From Alphaproteobacteria bacterium (GTDB lineage Bacteria; Pseudomonadota; Alphaproteobacteria; Rs-D84), in the NCBI GenBank assembly GCA_017502865.1, contig JAFVUD010000006.1:189832-253831 (forward strand): a stretch of 64,000 nucleotides of DNA. Reading direction: 5' to 3'. Position 1 is the stretch's first letter. Each line of letters begins with the position of its first letter. Positions 9,789 to 17,994 of the stretch are shown here, in pieces. Under the pieces are notes generated by a model, which searched no databases, was not told the DNA's origin, and saw nothing but the letters and a program-made list of their open reading frames with translations. A program made the translations under genes and the position numbers.

Positions 9789-10145
9789 ATGGCATATGAA
9801 CGTGATTACAAGAAAACAGAAAAAGAAGTTTTGGCGGCGTATAAAGAACGTCCAAAATTGCCATCTGATTTATGCTGTGATGGGTGTGGTGAACACTGTA
9901 AGTTGGATTTGCGGTTGGAAGTAGAGAATTTGAAGTATAAACCCAGAAGCGGTGAACAAAAGTTTGTTATCAAAACGGCACTGTATGCGGGGGATAAAAA
10001 ACTGTATAACGAAAGTGTGTTTGCCAGTGTTAAGCATTTTGCAAACGAGATTACGGTGAACTTTGACGGTCGTAATGCAGAAGCGTTGTACAGAAATGCA
10101 TTGGTTTGGTGCAGAATGACGTGTAAGCATAGCAAGGTGAGATAA
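9789..10145 (+). CDS. Hypothetical Cys-containing small protein (119 aa)
   Basis: ORF directly downstream of the DUF1796-like gene. The pair is probably co-transcribed. Confidence 0.4.
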   Translation: MAYERDYKKTEKEVLAAYKERPKLPSDLCCDGCGEHCKLDLRLEVENLKYKPRSGEQKFVIKTALYAGDKKLYNESVFASVKHFANEITVNFDGRNAEALYRNALVWCRMTCKHSKVR

Positions 10146-10326
10146 GAGAATATAAATCTTGATTTTGTCAATAAATGGGCGTATGATAAGGGCATGAAGT
10201 TATTTGATTTATTCTTGACTACAACTACAACAACCCCTTTGGGGGTGTAATTTCTATTGCGGTGGACCGCACAAAAATCTATAATCAAATCAATTAATTC
10301 TTAACAAAAATATAAAGGTTTTTATT

Positions 10327-12060
10327 ATGTCTTATCCAATTGAAACGATTCGTCATTCGTTGGCACACGTTATGGCGGCGGCGGTAAAAAAATTGCACCC
10401 GGATGTTAAATTCGCAGGGGGGCCAGCAATTGAAAATGGTTTCTATTATGATTTCGATACAGAATATCGTTTTTCCGAAGAAGATTTTGCAAAAATCGAA
10501 AAGGAAATGCGTGATTTAATCAAATCTAATGGGCGTTTCGAACAGCGTAATGTTTCACTGAGTGAAGCCAAAGAAATTTTCGCAGACCAACCATATAAAA
10601 TGGAATGGTTGAATGAATATGATGCGGCCGGTGAAGATTTGTCTGTTTACACTTTCCGTGATTTCGTTGATTTGTGTCGTGGGCCACATGTGGAATCGTC
10701 CAAAGATTTGCCACGTGATTCGTTCAAAATTCGCAGTGTTGCAGGTGCATACTGGAAGGGGGACGCAAAAAATAAAATGTTGCAGCGTATCTATGTTGAT
10801 GCGTTTGAAACCAAAGAAGAATTGGACGATTTCTTGAAAATGCAGGAAGAAGCGGCCGCACGTGATAATCGCAAACTGGGTAAAGAAATGGATTTGTTCC
10901 ATTTTGAACCAGAATATGCACCGGGGGCTGTGTTCTGGCATGACAAGGGATATCGTATTTATCGCCGCTTGATTGAATATGTTCGTCATCGTCAAGAAAT
11001 GGCCGGGTATCAAGAAATTTCAACGCCGGCTGTTATGGACAGATGTTTGTGGGAACGTTCGGGCCACTGGGCGAAATATGGTGAACACAATTATTCTGGT
11101 AAAACCCAGGACGGTAAAGTGTTCTGTATTAAACCAATGTCATGCCCAGGTGGTATGTTGGTATTTGGTCACGGGTTGCGTTCGTACAAAGATTTGCCAC
11201 TGTATATGGCAGAATTTGGCAAGGTTCATCGCTATGAAGCGGCCGGTGGTTTGTCGGGGCTGATGCGTGTGCGTGAATTTACCCAAGACGATGCGCATAT
11301 TTTCTGTACAGAAGAACAGTTAGAAGAAGAAGTTGTTAAAATCCTGAGATTTATCAAAGACATTTATGGCAAGTTTGGATTTGATAAAATTACAATGAAA
11401 TTGGCAACCAGAAAAGAATCTGAATTCCGTATCGGGTCTGATGAAATTTGGGACAAAGCCGAAGGTGCATTAAAGCATGCGCTGGATGCGAATGGTATCG
11501 AATATGAAATCGCCGAAGGGGACGCAGCGTTCTATGGGCCAAAGATTGATAATTATCTGAAAGATTCTATGGGACGCGTATGGCAGTGCGGTACGGTTCA
11601 GTTGGATATGAATCTGCCAGAACGATTCGATTTGTCTTATGTTGGTGAAGATGGTGAAAAGCATCGTCCAATTATGTTGCATCGTGCAATGTTGGGGTCG
11701 ATTGAAAGATTCTTTGGAATCTTGCTGGAATCAACGGGTGGTAATTTGCCATTGTGGTTAAGCCCAGAACCAGTCGTTGTGACACCAATTTCACAAAAGC
11801 ATGCAGATTATGCAAACGAAGTTGTTGATGCGTTGCGTAATGCCGGTATCAAATGTCGTGCAGATTTGCGTGATGAAAAAGTGAACTATAAAATCCGTGA
11901 ACTGTCGTTGGCAAAAACACCAATCGTTGCAGTTGTAGGCGAAAAAGAAATGGCAGAAAAAACAGTCACTTTGCGTCGTTTGGGCGTGGAAAAACAGGAA
12001 GTTATGCCGCTGTCTGAATTTGTAAAAATGATGCAAGATTCAGTTAAGATGCCATTGTAA
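10327..12060 (+). CDS. thrS: Threonyl-tRNA synthetase lacking the N-terminal TGS domain
   Basis: Begins directly at the editing-domain zinc motif HSLAHVMAAAV…NGFYYDFD, followed by the class II catalytic core and the anticodon-binding domain. 577 aa versus ~640 in E. coli. Confidence 0.9.
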   Translation: MSYPIETIRHSLAHVMAAAVKKLHPDVKFAGGPAIENGFYYDFDTEYRFSEEDFAKIEKEMRDLIKSNGRFEQRNVSLSEAKEIFADQPYKMEWLNEYDAAGEDLSVYTFRDFVDLCRGPHVESSKDLPRDSFKIRSVAGAYWKGDAKNKMLQRIYVDAFETKEELDDFLKMQEEAAARDNRKLGKEMDLFHFEPEYAPGAVFWHDKGYRIYRRLIEYVRHRQEMAGYQEISTPAVMDRCLWERSGHWAKYGEHNYSGKTQDGKVFCIKPMSCPGGMLVFGHGLRSYKDLPLYMAEFGKVHRYEAAGGLSGLMRVREFTQDDAHIFCTEEQLEEEVVKILRFIKDIYGKFGFDKITMKLATRKESEFRIGSDEIWDKAEGALKHALDANGIEYEIAEGDAAFYGPKIDNYLKDSMGRVWQCGTVQLDMNLPERFDLSYVGEDGEKHRPIMLHRAMLGSIERFFGILLESTGGNLPLWLSPEPVVVTPISQKHADYANEVVDALRNAGIKCRADLRDEKVNYKIRELSLAKTPIVAVVGEKEMAEKTVTLRRLGVEKQEVMPLSEFVKMMQDSVKMPL

Positions 12061-12114
12061 AACAAACTTATGGGGCAGGGTATCTGCCCCATAAAAAATA
12101 GAAAGGGGGAAAGT

Positions 12115-12258
12115 ATGAAGAAAGCATTGTTGTTGGTTATGCTGGTTATGGTGCCGATGGTTGTTGCAGGGTGTGCCAGCAAATGTGAAGTTGAACCAAT
12201 CGTAGAAGAAAATCATAAACTGATTGTGCCACCAAACTTTGGACAGATGCCTAAATAA
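12115..12258 (+). CDS. Small lipoprotein (47 aa)
   Basis: MKKALLLVMLVMVPMVVAGC lipobox. RBS aaagggggaaagt. The longer track ORF from 12070 would include the thrS downstream hairpin. Confidence 0.4.
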   Translation: MKKALLLVMLVMVPMVVAGCASKCEVEPIVEENHKLIVPPNFGQMPK

Positions 12259-12334
12259 TTTTTTCGGCATTGTGTTTTGTTATTGGGCATTTTTGTGATA
12301 TAATAGTGGCAACACGGAATAGGGAGATTTTGCC

Positions 12335-13102
12335 ATGAATGATGATAATTTGGATTTATTAGATTTGGATGATAACGGTTCTATGGATTCGTTACCGGAT
12401 GCAACACCGTTTGCCAGCCCACGCCCAAAGAAGCCTTGGTTGCTGTTGACGGTGGGGTTGTTAATTATTGTGTTGGCAACATATATCATTATTCGCACAA
12501 TTGGTGGGGACCAGTCTTCGTCTGTGGAAATTGATCTGGATGCACCTGCAATTGTTGTTGATGGCCAGGAAGAGGTTCCAGTGGATATGAATGTTATGCC
12601 ACCGGCACCATCGGCGGTTCAGGTTGCCCCAGCGGCCCCAGCAGCGGTCGCCCCAGTGGTACAGCCAAAGCCACAACCACAGCCAAAGCCAGTAGTGGAA
12701 GAACCAAGTTCGCCAGTGCGTGTAATTGAGGACAGAAAAGAAGTCACATTTAATCCAGCCAAGGTAGAAGCACCAAAGCCGGCCGCAAAACCAGCGGCGA
12801 AAAAAGCGGCTGCAAAACCAGCGGCGAAGAAGACGACAACCGCATCCAGTGCACCAGCGGGTTCATGGTATGTTCAGTTTGGTTCGTACAGCACGCGTGC
12901 CGCAGCAGAAGCCGCACAGAAAAAGATTCGTGCCCAGCATCAAAGTCTGTTTGATGGAAAACAGTTTGTTATCTTGGCTGCACAGTTGAAAGATGGTTCG
13001 ACAACATATCGTTTGCGTGTTGCGTTCAAGACATCTTCTGATGCAAATGGGTTCTGCCGTAATGCCAAGTCCGATGGTTTGGATTGCTATGTTGCAAAAT
13101 AA
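12335..13102 (+). CDS. SPOR-domain protein (cell-division / septal peptidoglycan binding)
   Basis: Acidic N-terminus, one TM helix, a Pro/Ala-rich linker, and a C-terminal SPOR-like domain (SWYVQFGSYSTRAAAEAAQKKI…YRLRV). Confidence 0.65.
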   Translation: MNDDNLDLLDLDDNGSMDSLPDATPFASPRPKKPWLLLTVGLLIIVLATYIIIRTIGGDQSSSVEIDLDAPAIVVDGQEEVPVDMNVMPPAPSAVQVAPAAPAAVAPVVQPKPQPQPKPVVEEPSSPVRVIEDRKEVTFNPAKVEAPKPAAKPAAKKAAAKPAAKKTTTASSAPAGSWYVQFGSYSTRAAAEAAQKKIRAQHQSLFDGKQFVILAAQLKDGSTTYRLRVAFKTSSDANGFCRNAKSDGLDCYVAK

Positions 13103-13117
13103 TCAAAGGGGATAAAA

Positions 13118-13339
13118 ATGAGATTAGGTTGGACAGAAATAATTTTAATCGTAGTACTGGTTATCATTTTGTTTGGTCATAACAAAATTCCAGGCATGAT
13201 GAAAAATTTGGCCAATGGCGTAAATGTGTTCAAAAAAGAATTAAAGGACACAAAGAAGCCAGAAGAAAAGAAAGCAGCAGCCAAAAAGCCAGCTGCAAAA
13301 AAGGCGACTGAAAAAAAGATAGCCAAAAAATCTAAATAA
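13118..13339 (+). CDS. tatA: Twin-arginine translocase subunit TatA/E
   Basis: N-terminal TM helix plus FGxxKIP hinge (ILFGHNKIPGMMKNL) and a Lys-rich tail. 73 aa. Confidence 0.8.
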   Translation: MRLGWTEIILIVVLVIILFGHNKIPGMMKNLANGVNVFKKELKDTKKPEEKKAAAKKPAAKKATEKKIAKKSK

Positions 13340-13402
13340 TATACCGCCCGTTCGGGCGGTTTTGTTTTGCAATAAAAATCCCCCATTTGGGGGATTGGGT
13401 TA

Positions 13403-13831
13403 TTAGTTTTTGCGGGCTTCGTATTCTTCTTGTTCTTCGACGGTCATTGTTGCCAATGGACGTGCCATCATACGTTTAATCCCGATTTCGTCACCAGATA
13501 CAACGCTGTAACCAAATGTACCGTTTGCAATACGGTCCAGGGCGGCGTTAACCTTTTGTAATAATTTGTTGCTGCGGTCAGACATACGTAAATCCATTGT
13601 GATGTCTTGGTTATATGTTGCAGCATCTGAATCGTCGCCAACACCAACTGCTTCGGTTTTGTCGGCCATGCGGACTGCATTTAATACTTCGTCACGTTCG
13701 CTAAGCAGTTCTTCACGTTGATTCGTTAATATGCGATAGAAATATGCCAACTGCTGTGGGCACATGTATGGTTCATTTTTCTTGGGCGTGTATTTTGCGT
13801 CCAGTTCAATTGTTTTGTAATTATCAGCCAT
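13403..13831 (-). CDS. dksA: DksA/TraR-family RNA-polymerase-binding protein lacking the C4 zinc finger
   Basis: Coiled-coil with acidic tip (DDSDAATY) and C-terminal DksA-like region. No Cys residues at all. Confidence 0.65.
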   Translation of the reverse strand: MADNYKTIELDAKYTPKKNEPYMCPQQLAYFYRILTNQREELLSERDEVLNAVRMADKTEAVGVGDDSDAATYNQDITMDLRMSDRSNKLLQKVNAALDRIANGTFGYSVVSGDEIGIKRMMARPLATMTVEEQEEYEARKN

Positions 13832-14144
13832 TTTGTAATTCCTTTACCCATGCAACCAATGTGTCTTCATCCATTAAACCGGTGCGTGCTTCGACCAGTT
13901 CGCCGTTACGAAATGCCAATACCGCAGGTATGCTGCGAATGCCATATTTCGCAGGGGTACGTCGGTTGGTTTCGTCGATTTCGAATTTTACAAAATTTAC
14001 ATCTGGTAATTTTTCAGATGTTTCTTCGAATATTGGACCAAACATACGGCATGGACCACACCATGCAGCCCAGAAATCAACCAATGTGATTCCGTTGCCG
14101 ATTACGCTGTCAATTGTTGCGTCGTTTGCATGTTTAATAGCCAT
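13824..14144 (-). CDS. trxA: Thioredoxin
   Basis: WCGPC active site. 106 aa. Confidence 0.9.
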   Translation of the reverse strand: MAIKHANDATIDSVIGNGITLVDFWAAWCGPCRMFGPIFEETSEKLPDVNFVKFEIDETNRRTPAKYGIRSIPAVLAFRNGELVEARTGLMDEDTLVAWVKELQNG

Positions 14145-14220
14145 CTTTTCCCCCTTGGATATTTATTGATATTTGGCAAGAGTGTATTATAATCAACGCA
14201 AAATGCAAGTGAAAAACAAA

Positions 14221-15321
14221 ATGAATAAAATCATATATTTAGATGCGGCGGCAACATACATGAAATCTGATTCTGTTATGGGGGCACAGGCGGATTTTGT
14301 GCGTGAAAAATATGCTAATTCTGGGCGTGGGGTATGTGCCCGTGTGGCGGCGGTTGATGATATGGTCAAAGGTTGTCGTGTGGCGATGGCTGAATTTATG
14401 AATGCAGATGCAGATGGGATTGTGTTTGTATCGGGTACGACGGATGCAATGAATCGAATCGTACGTATTGTTCAAAATACAGTTGGGCGTTGGCCTTTGC
14501 GTGTGGCGGTGTCGGATCTGGATCATCACAGTGCACGTTTGCCATGGATGGCAGCAGGGGCAGATGTTGTTGTATGTCCACTGGACAAAGATTTTAATAT
14601 TGATGCGTCGGCAATTCCGGTGGCAGATGTTATTGTTATAACGGCTATGTCTAATGTGTTGGGGGTGCCCCAGGATGTAAAAAAAATTGTGGCGTCGGCA
14701 CGTAAAAAAAATCCAGATGTGATTGCAATTGTTGATGCAGCACAATTTGTTGTGCATGCAGATATAGATATGCGTGCGTGGGATGCAGATTTTGTGTGTT
14801 GGTCTGGACACAAGATTGGTGCAGATAACGGTATTGGGGTTATGGCGATTAAAAATCCGAATCGTTTTATGTCAGATAAATTTGGTGGTGGCATGGTAAA
14901 TGTGGTGAATTTAGATGGAACTTTTACTGTGCAAAACGCCCCAGATAAATTCGAGGCAGGAACATTGCCGCTGGTCCAGATTGCTGGGTTGGCCAGTGCA
15001 GTCAAGGAAATAAAAAATAACAGGCCCAAACAGGCGTTGATTAAATTTTTATATGACGAATTATCCCGGATTCCACGTGTGCGTATTTTAACCCAACCAG
15101 ATGCGGTGTTGTTGTCGTTTGTAATAGATGGAATGCATGTAATTGATTTTGGTGCATTGATGGGGGCGTATGATGTGTGTCTGCGGGTTGGTAATATGTG
15201 TGCGACATGGATTCATAATAAAATGAATTTGTCTGGGTCGATTCGTGTGTCTGTGGGGGCGTATAATACGATGGATGAAATGAAACGATTCGTTGAAATT
15301 GTAAAAAATATAGTGAAATGA
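14221..15321 (+). CDS. sufS: Cysteine desulfurase (class V aminotransferase, SufS/CsdA-like)
   Basis: PLP-lysine motif SGHKIGADNGIGVMAI. Start at ATG 14221 (MNKIIYLDAAAT). Confidence 0.75.
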   Translation: MNKIIYLDAAATYMKSDSVMGAQADFVREKYANSGRGVCARVAAVDDMVKGCRVAMAEFMNADADGIVFVSGTTDAMNRIVRIVQNTVGRWPLRVAVSDLDHHSARLPWMAAGADVVVCPLDKDFNIDASAIPVADVIVITAMSNVLGVPQDVKKIVASARKKNPDVIAIVDAAQFVVHADIDMRAWDADFVCWSGHKIGADNGIGVMAIKNPNRFMSDKFGGGMVNVVNLDGTFTVQNAPDKFEAGTLPLVQIAGLASAVKEIKNNRPKQALIKFLYDELSRIPRVRILTQPDAVLLSFVIDGMHVIDFGALMGAYDVCLRVGNMCATWIHNKMNLSGSIRVSVGAYNTMDEMKRFVEIVKNIVK

Positions 15322-15632
15322 TGGTTAGCAAAGAAGATATTATTGGGGCAATTAAAACGGTATATGACCCAGAAATTCCTGTTAATATTTGGGATTTGGG
15401 GTTGATTTATGGTGTTGATATAAGTGCAGAAGAAATTGTTATAACAATGACTTTTACCAGTCCAACATGCCCCATGATGGAAGAATTATTGCAACAGGTA
15501 AAAGATGCGGTTGCGGCGGTTGCAAATGGGGTGCCTGTGCGGGTGGAATTGGTATGGAATCCGCCATGGGATTTGACCAAGATGTCAGATGAAGCACGTG
15601 TGCAATTAGATTTGACTGAACATGGGTGGTAG
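15318..15632 (+). CDS. sufT: DUF59/SufT-type Fe-S assembly protein
   Basis: DPEIPVNIWDLGLIY…TFTSPTCP matches the MIP18/DUF59 pattern. Confidence 0.7.
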   Translation: MMVSKEDIIGAIKTVYDPEIPVNIWDLGLIYGVDISAEEIVITMTFTSPTCPMMEELLQQVKDAVAAVANGVPVRVELVWNPPWDLTKMSDEARVQLDLTEHGW

Positions 15633-15636
15633 GTAA

Positions 15637-15999
15637 ATGACATTTGCAGAAATAAAAGATATTTTGTGTGCAATTGAAAATCCGGTTGAAAAACTGGAAA
15701 TGGTTATGGATTTGGGACGCATATTGGAACCTGTGCCTGATAATGCGGTGTGTACAGAAATTCATGGATGTGCATCACGTGTGGAAATTTGTGTTTTGGG
15801 AAACAGGTATTTTGCGGTGGCGGATTCTGCATTGGTTCGTGGGATTGTGGCAATTTTAATTGCAATGGTTGATGGTAAAAGTGCACAGGAAATTAAACAG
15901 ATGGATATTGCTGGGGAATTTGCAGCATTGGATATCAATCTGGGGGCGGGCCGATTGAATGGGTTGAATTCTATGATTAGTTTTTTGCAGAATTTGTGA
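15637..15999 (+). CDS. sufE: SufE-like sulfur acceptor
   Basis: Conserved GCASRVEI cysteine loop. 120 aa. Confidence 0.7.
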   Translation: MTFAEIKDILCAIENPVEKLEMVMDLGRILEPVPDNAVCTEIHGCASRVEICVLGNRYFAVADSALVRGIVAILIAMVDGKSAQEIKQMDIAGEFAALDINLGAGRLNGLNSMISFLQNL

Positions 16000-16036
16000 T
16001 AGACTGTATTGGGAACATAAATGTTGGGTGAGGGAT

Positions 16037-16327
16037 ATGACTGAAGACGAAAAAATGCTTAAAATAGGACTGGGGGCACTGTTTTCGATGTTGGTGCTGA
16101 CAATCGGGTTGCAGGTGTGTTATCGAACCCAGGACAGAACACGTAATCATGTGCGGTCTGAAATTGTTAAAACCCAACAAAAAATAGCAGATGCACAGAC
16201 GATTTTCGAAGGCTATAAAAGACCAGAAGTTTTAAGAAATTTGGTCAGTGGCGTGGTGCCAAACGCAGTGGCGGTTGGTTATCAAAAATCTGTTTCAATT
16301 GATGAACTGAAAGAAAGACAAGAATAA
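16037..16327 (+). CDS. ftsL: FtsL-like small bitopic division protein
   Basis: Single TM helix plus coiled-coil. Sits immediately upstream of ftsI and overlaps it by TAATG. Confidence 0.5.
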   Translation: MTEDEKMLKIGLGALFSMLVLTIGLQVCYRTQDRTRNHVRSEIVKTQQKIADAQTIFEGYKRPEVLRNLVSGVVPNAVAVGYQKSVSIDELKERQE

Positions 16328-17952
16328 TGTTCGAAGTAGGAAAGGATATTTTTAGACGTGGTTTTACGGGACGACGTGGTGGGACAGAAAATCGTGGTCG
16401 TATGCGCTGGATTTATCTGGGGTTTACGGTTGTGTTCTTTGTTTTTGCAGCACGAACATTGCAACTGGGAATTCAGGGGTCTGATCGGTCAAGACGGGCC
16501 GGCAGTGATGGGCAGTGGACGGTCAGTCGTGCGGATATTGTTGATAGAAATGGTGATATTTTGGCCAAAAATGTTATGTCGGGCCATATTACATTGCGTA
16601 CACGTGAAGTGACCAAGCCAGACGAGGTTGCAAATTTGATTCACCAGGCAATGCCATATGAATATTCTTTGGCCAAGGCATTAGAACTGGTTAATTCAGG
16701 ACGTAGATTTATTTATGTTAAAAAGTATGCCAGTGAACATCAGCGACAGATGGTTAAGCAGGCAAAATTGCGGGGATTGGAAATAGAACCTGTACAGGAC
16801 AGAAGGTATCCAAAGGGACGTATGTTTTCACATGCGGTTGGTTTTGTTAGCAACGATGGTCGTGGATTGGAAGGGGCCGAAAGAATTTATGATGATTATT
16901 TGACCGAAAATAAAGATCCATTGCAGTTGTCATTGGATGCACGTATTCAGGGTGTGTTCTATGACCAATTGTCAATTGCCATGCAGACATATCAAACCAA
17001 GGCTGCGATGGGTATGTTGATGAATTCACGTACAGGGGAAATTTTGGCCATGGTGTCATTGCCAGATTATGACCCAGAAAATCTGCGTTTGGATCCAGTG
17101 TCGAATCGTTTGTTTAAACCTATGCGTGCAGTGTTTGAAATGGGGTCTATTTTCAAAATATTTAACACGGCATTGGCGTTCGAAAATGGGATTGATAAAG
17201 AATACTATGTCAAAGAACCATTCGCAGTTAGATTGAAAAACGGCAAAATTGTTAAACGTGTGACAGATATTCGCAGTTTTAAGCCGCCACGTCCATATTT
17301 GACGGTCGAAGAAATTATGGTGCATTCTTGTAATGTTGGCAGTGCACAGATTGCGATGGATTTGCCGGAAGATGCACAAAAAGATTTCTTTGAACGATTG
17401 CATTTTGACGAAGCGTTGGATCTGGAATTTGGACGTACGGAACGTTCGCTGATGCCGCCAAAGTGGGGGCCGGTTGAACGGGCAACGTTGTCGTATGGGC
17501 ATGGTATGTCGGTTACACCAATGCATTTGATGTTGGGGGTAAATGCGGTTACAAATGGTGGTATTTATATTTACCCAACATTACAGAAACGTTCGTTGGG
17601 GGTTGTTCAGGGTGAACGTGTTCTGGACGAAGAAATTTCTGCAAAACTGCGCCCGATTATGGTGCGGGTAAACGAAGAAACCAGTGGGAAACGTGCACGT
17701 ATTGCAGGGATTGAAATTGGTGGTAAAACGGCAACAGCTGAAAAATATGTAAATGGTAAAATCGATCACAAGAAAAATGTGACGGCGTATGCGGGAATCT
17801 TTCCTGCACATGCACCGCAATATACAATATTGGTTGTATTAGATGAACCACAGCCGACCAAGGATTCGTGGGGGTGGAGAACGGCTGCGTGGAATGCCGT
17901 GCCAACAACGGGAAAAATTCTTGATAGTATCCTGCCATTGCTATTTGAATAA
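16327..17952 (+). CDS. ftsI: Penicillin-binding protein 3 / FtsI transpeptidase
   Basis: N-terminal TM helix. SIFK (SxxK), SCN and KTATAE (KTG-like) motifs. Confidence 0.8.
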   Translation: MFEVGKDIFRRGFTGRRGGTENRGRMRWIYLGFTVVFFVFAARTLQLGIQGSDRSRRAGSDGQWTVSRADIVDRNGDILAKNVMSGHITLRTREVTKPDEVANLIHQAMPYEYSLAKALELVNSGRRFIYVKKYASEHQRQMVKQAKLRGLEIEPVQDRRYPKGRMFSHAVGFVSNDGRGLEGAERIYDDYLTENKDPLQLSLDARIQGVFYDQLSIAMQTYQTKAAMGMLMNSRTGEILAMVSLPDYDPENLRLDPVSNRLFKPMRAVFEMGSIFKIFNTALAFENGIDKEYYVKEPFAVRLKNGKIVKRVTDIRSFKPPRPYLTVEEIMVHSCNVGSAQIAMDLPEDAQKDFFERLHFDEALDLEFGRTERSLMPPKWGPVERATLSYGHGMSVTPMHLMLGVNAVTNGGIYIYPTLQKRSLGVVQGERVLDEEISAKLRPIMVRVNEETSGKRARIAGIEIGGKTATAEKYVNGKIDHKKNVTAYAGIFPAHAPQYTILVVLDEPQPTKDSWGWRTAAWNAVPTTGKILDSILPLLFE

Positions 17953-17994
17953 ATTTCGATTATAATACACTTGATAATAAAAAAAGAGTGTAGA

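Noticed and set aside
12068-12100. Hairpin ATGGGGCAG-GGTAT-CTGCCCCAT after thrS, considered as a rho-independent terminator. The track ORF starting at 12070 runs through it.
   Set aside because: On the plus strand it is followed by an A-run, not a U-run, so it is not a canonical intrinsic terminator for thrS. It is kept only as a stem-loop note. The lipoprotein gene start was moved to ATG 12115, which has a proper RBS.
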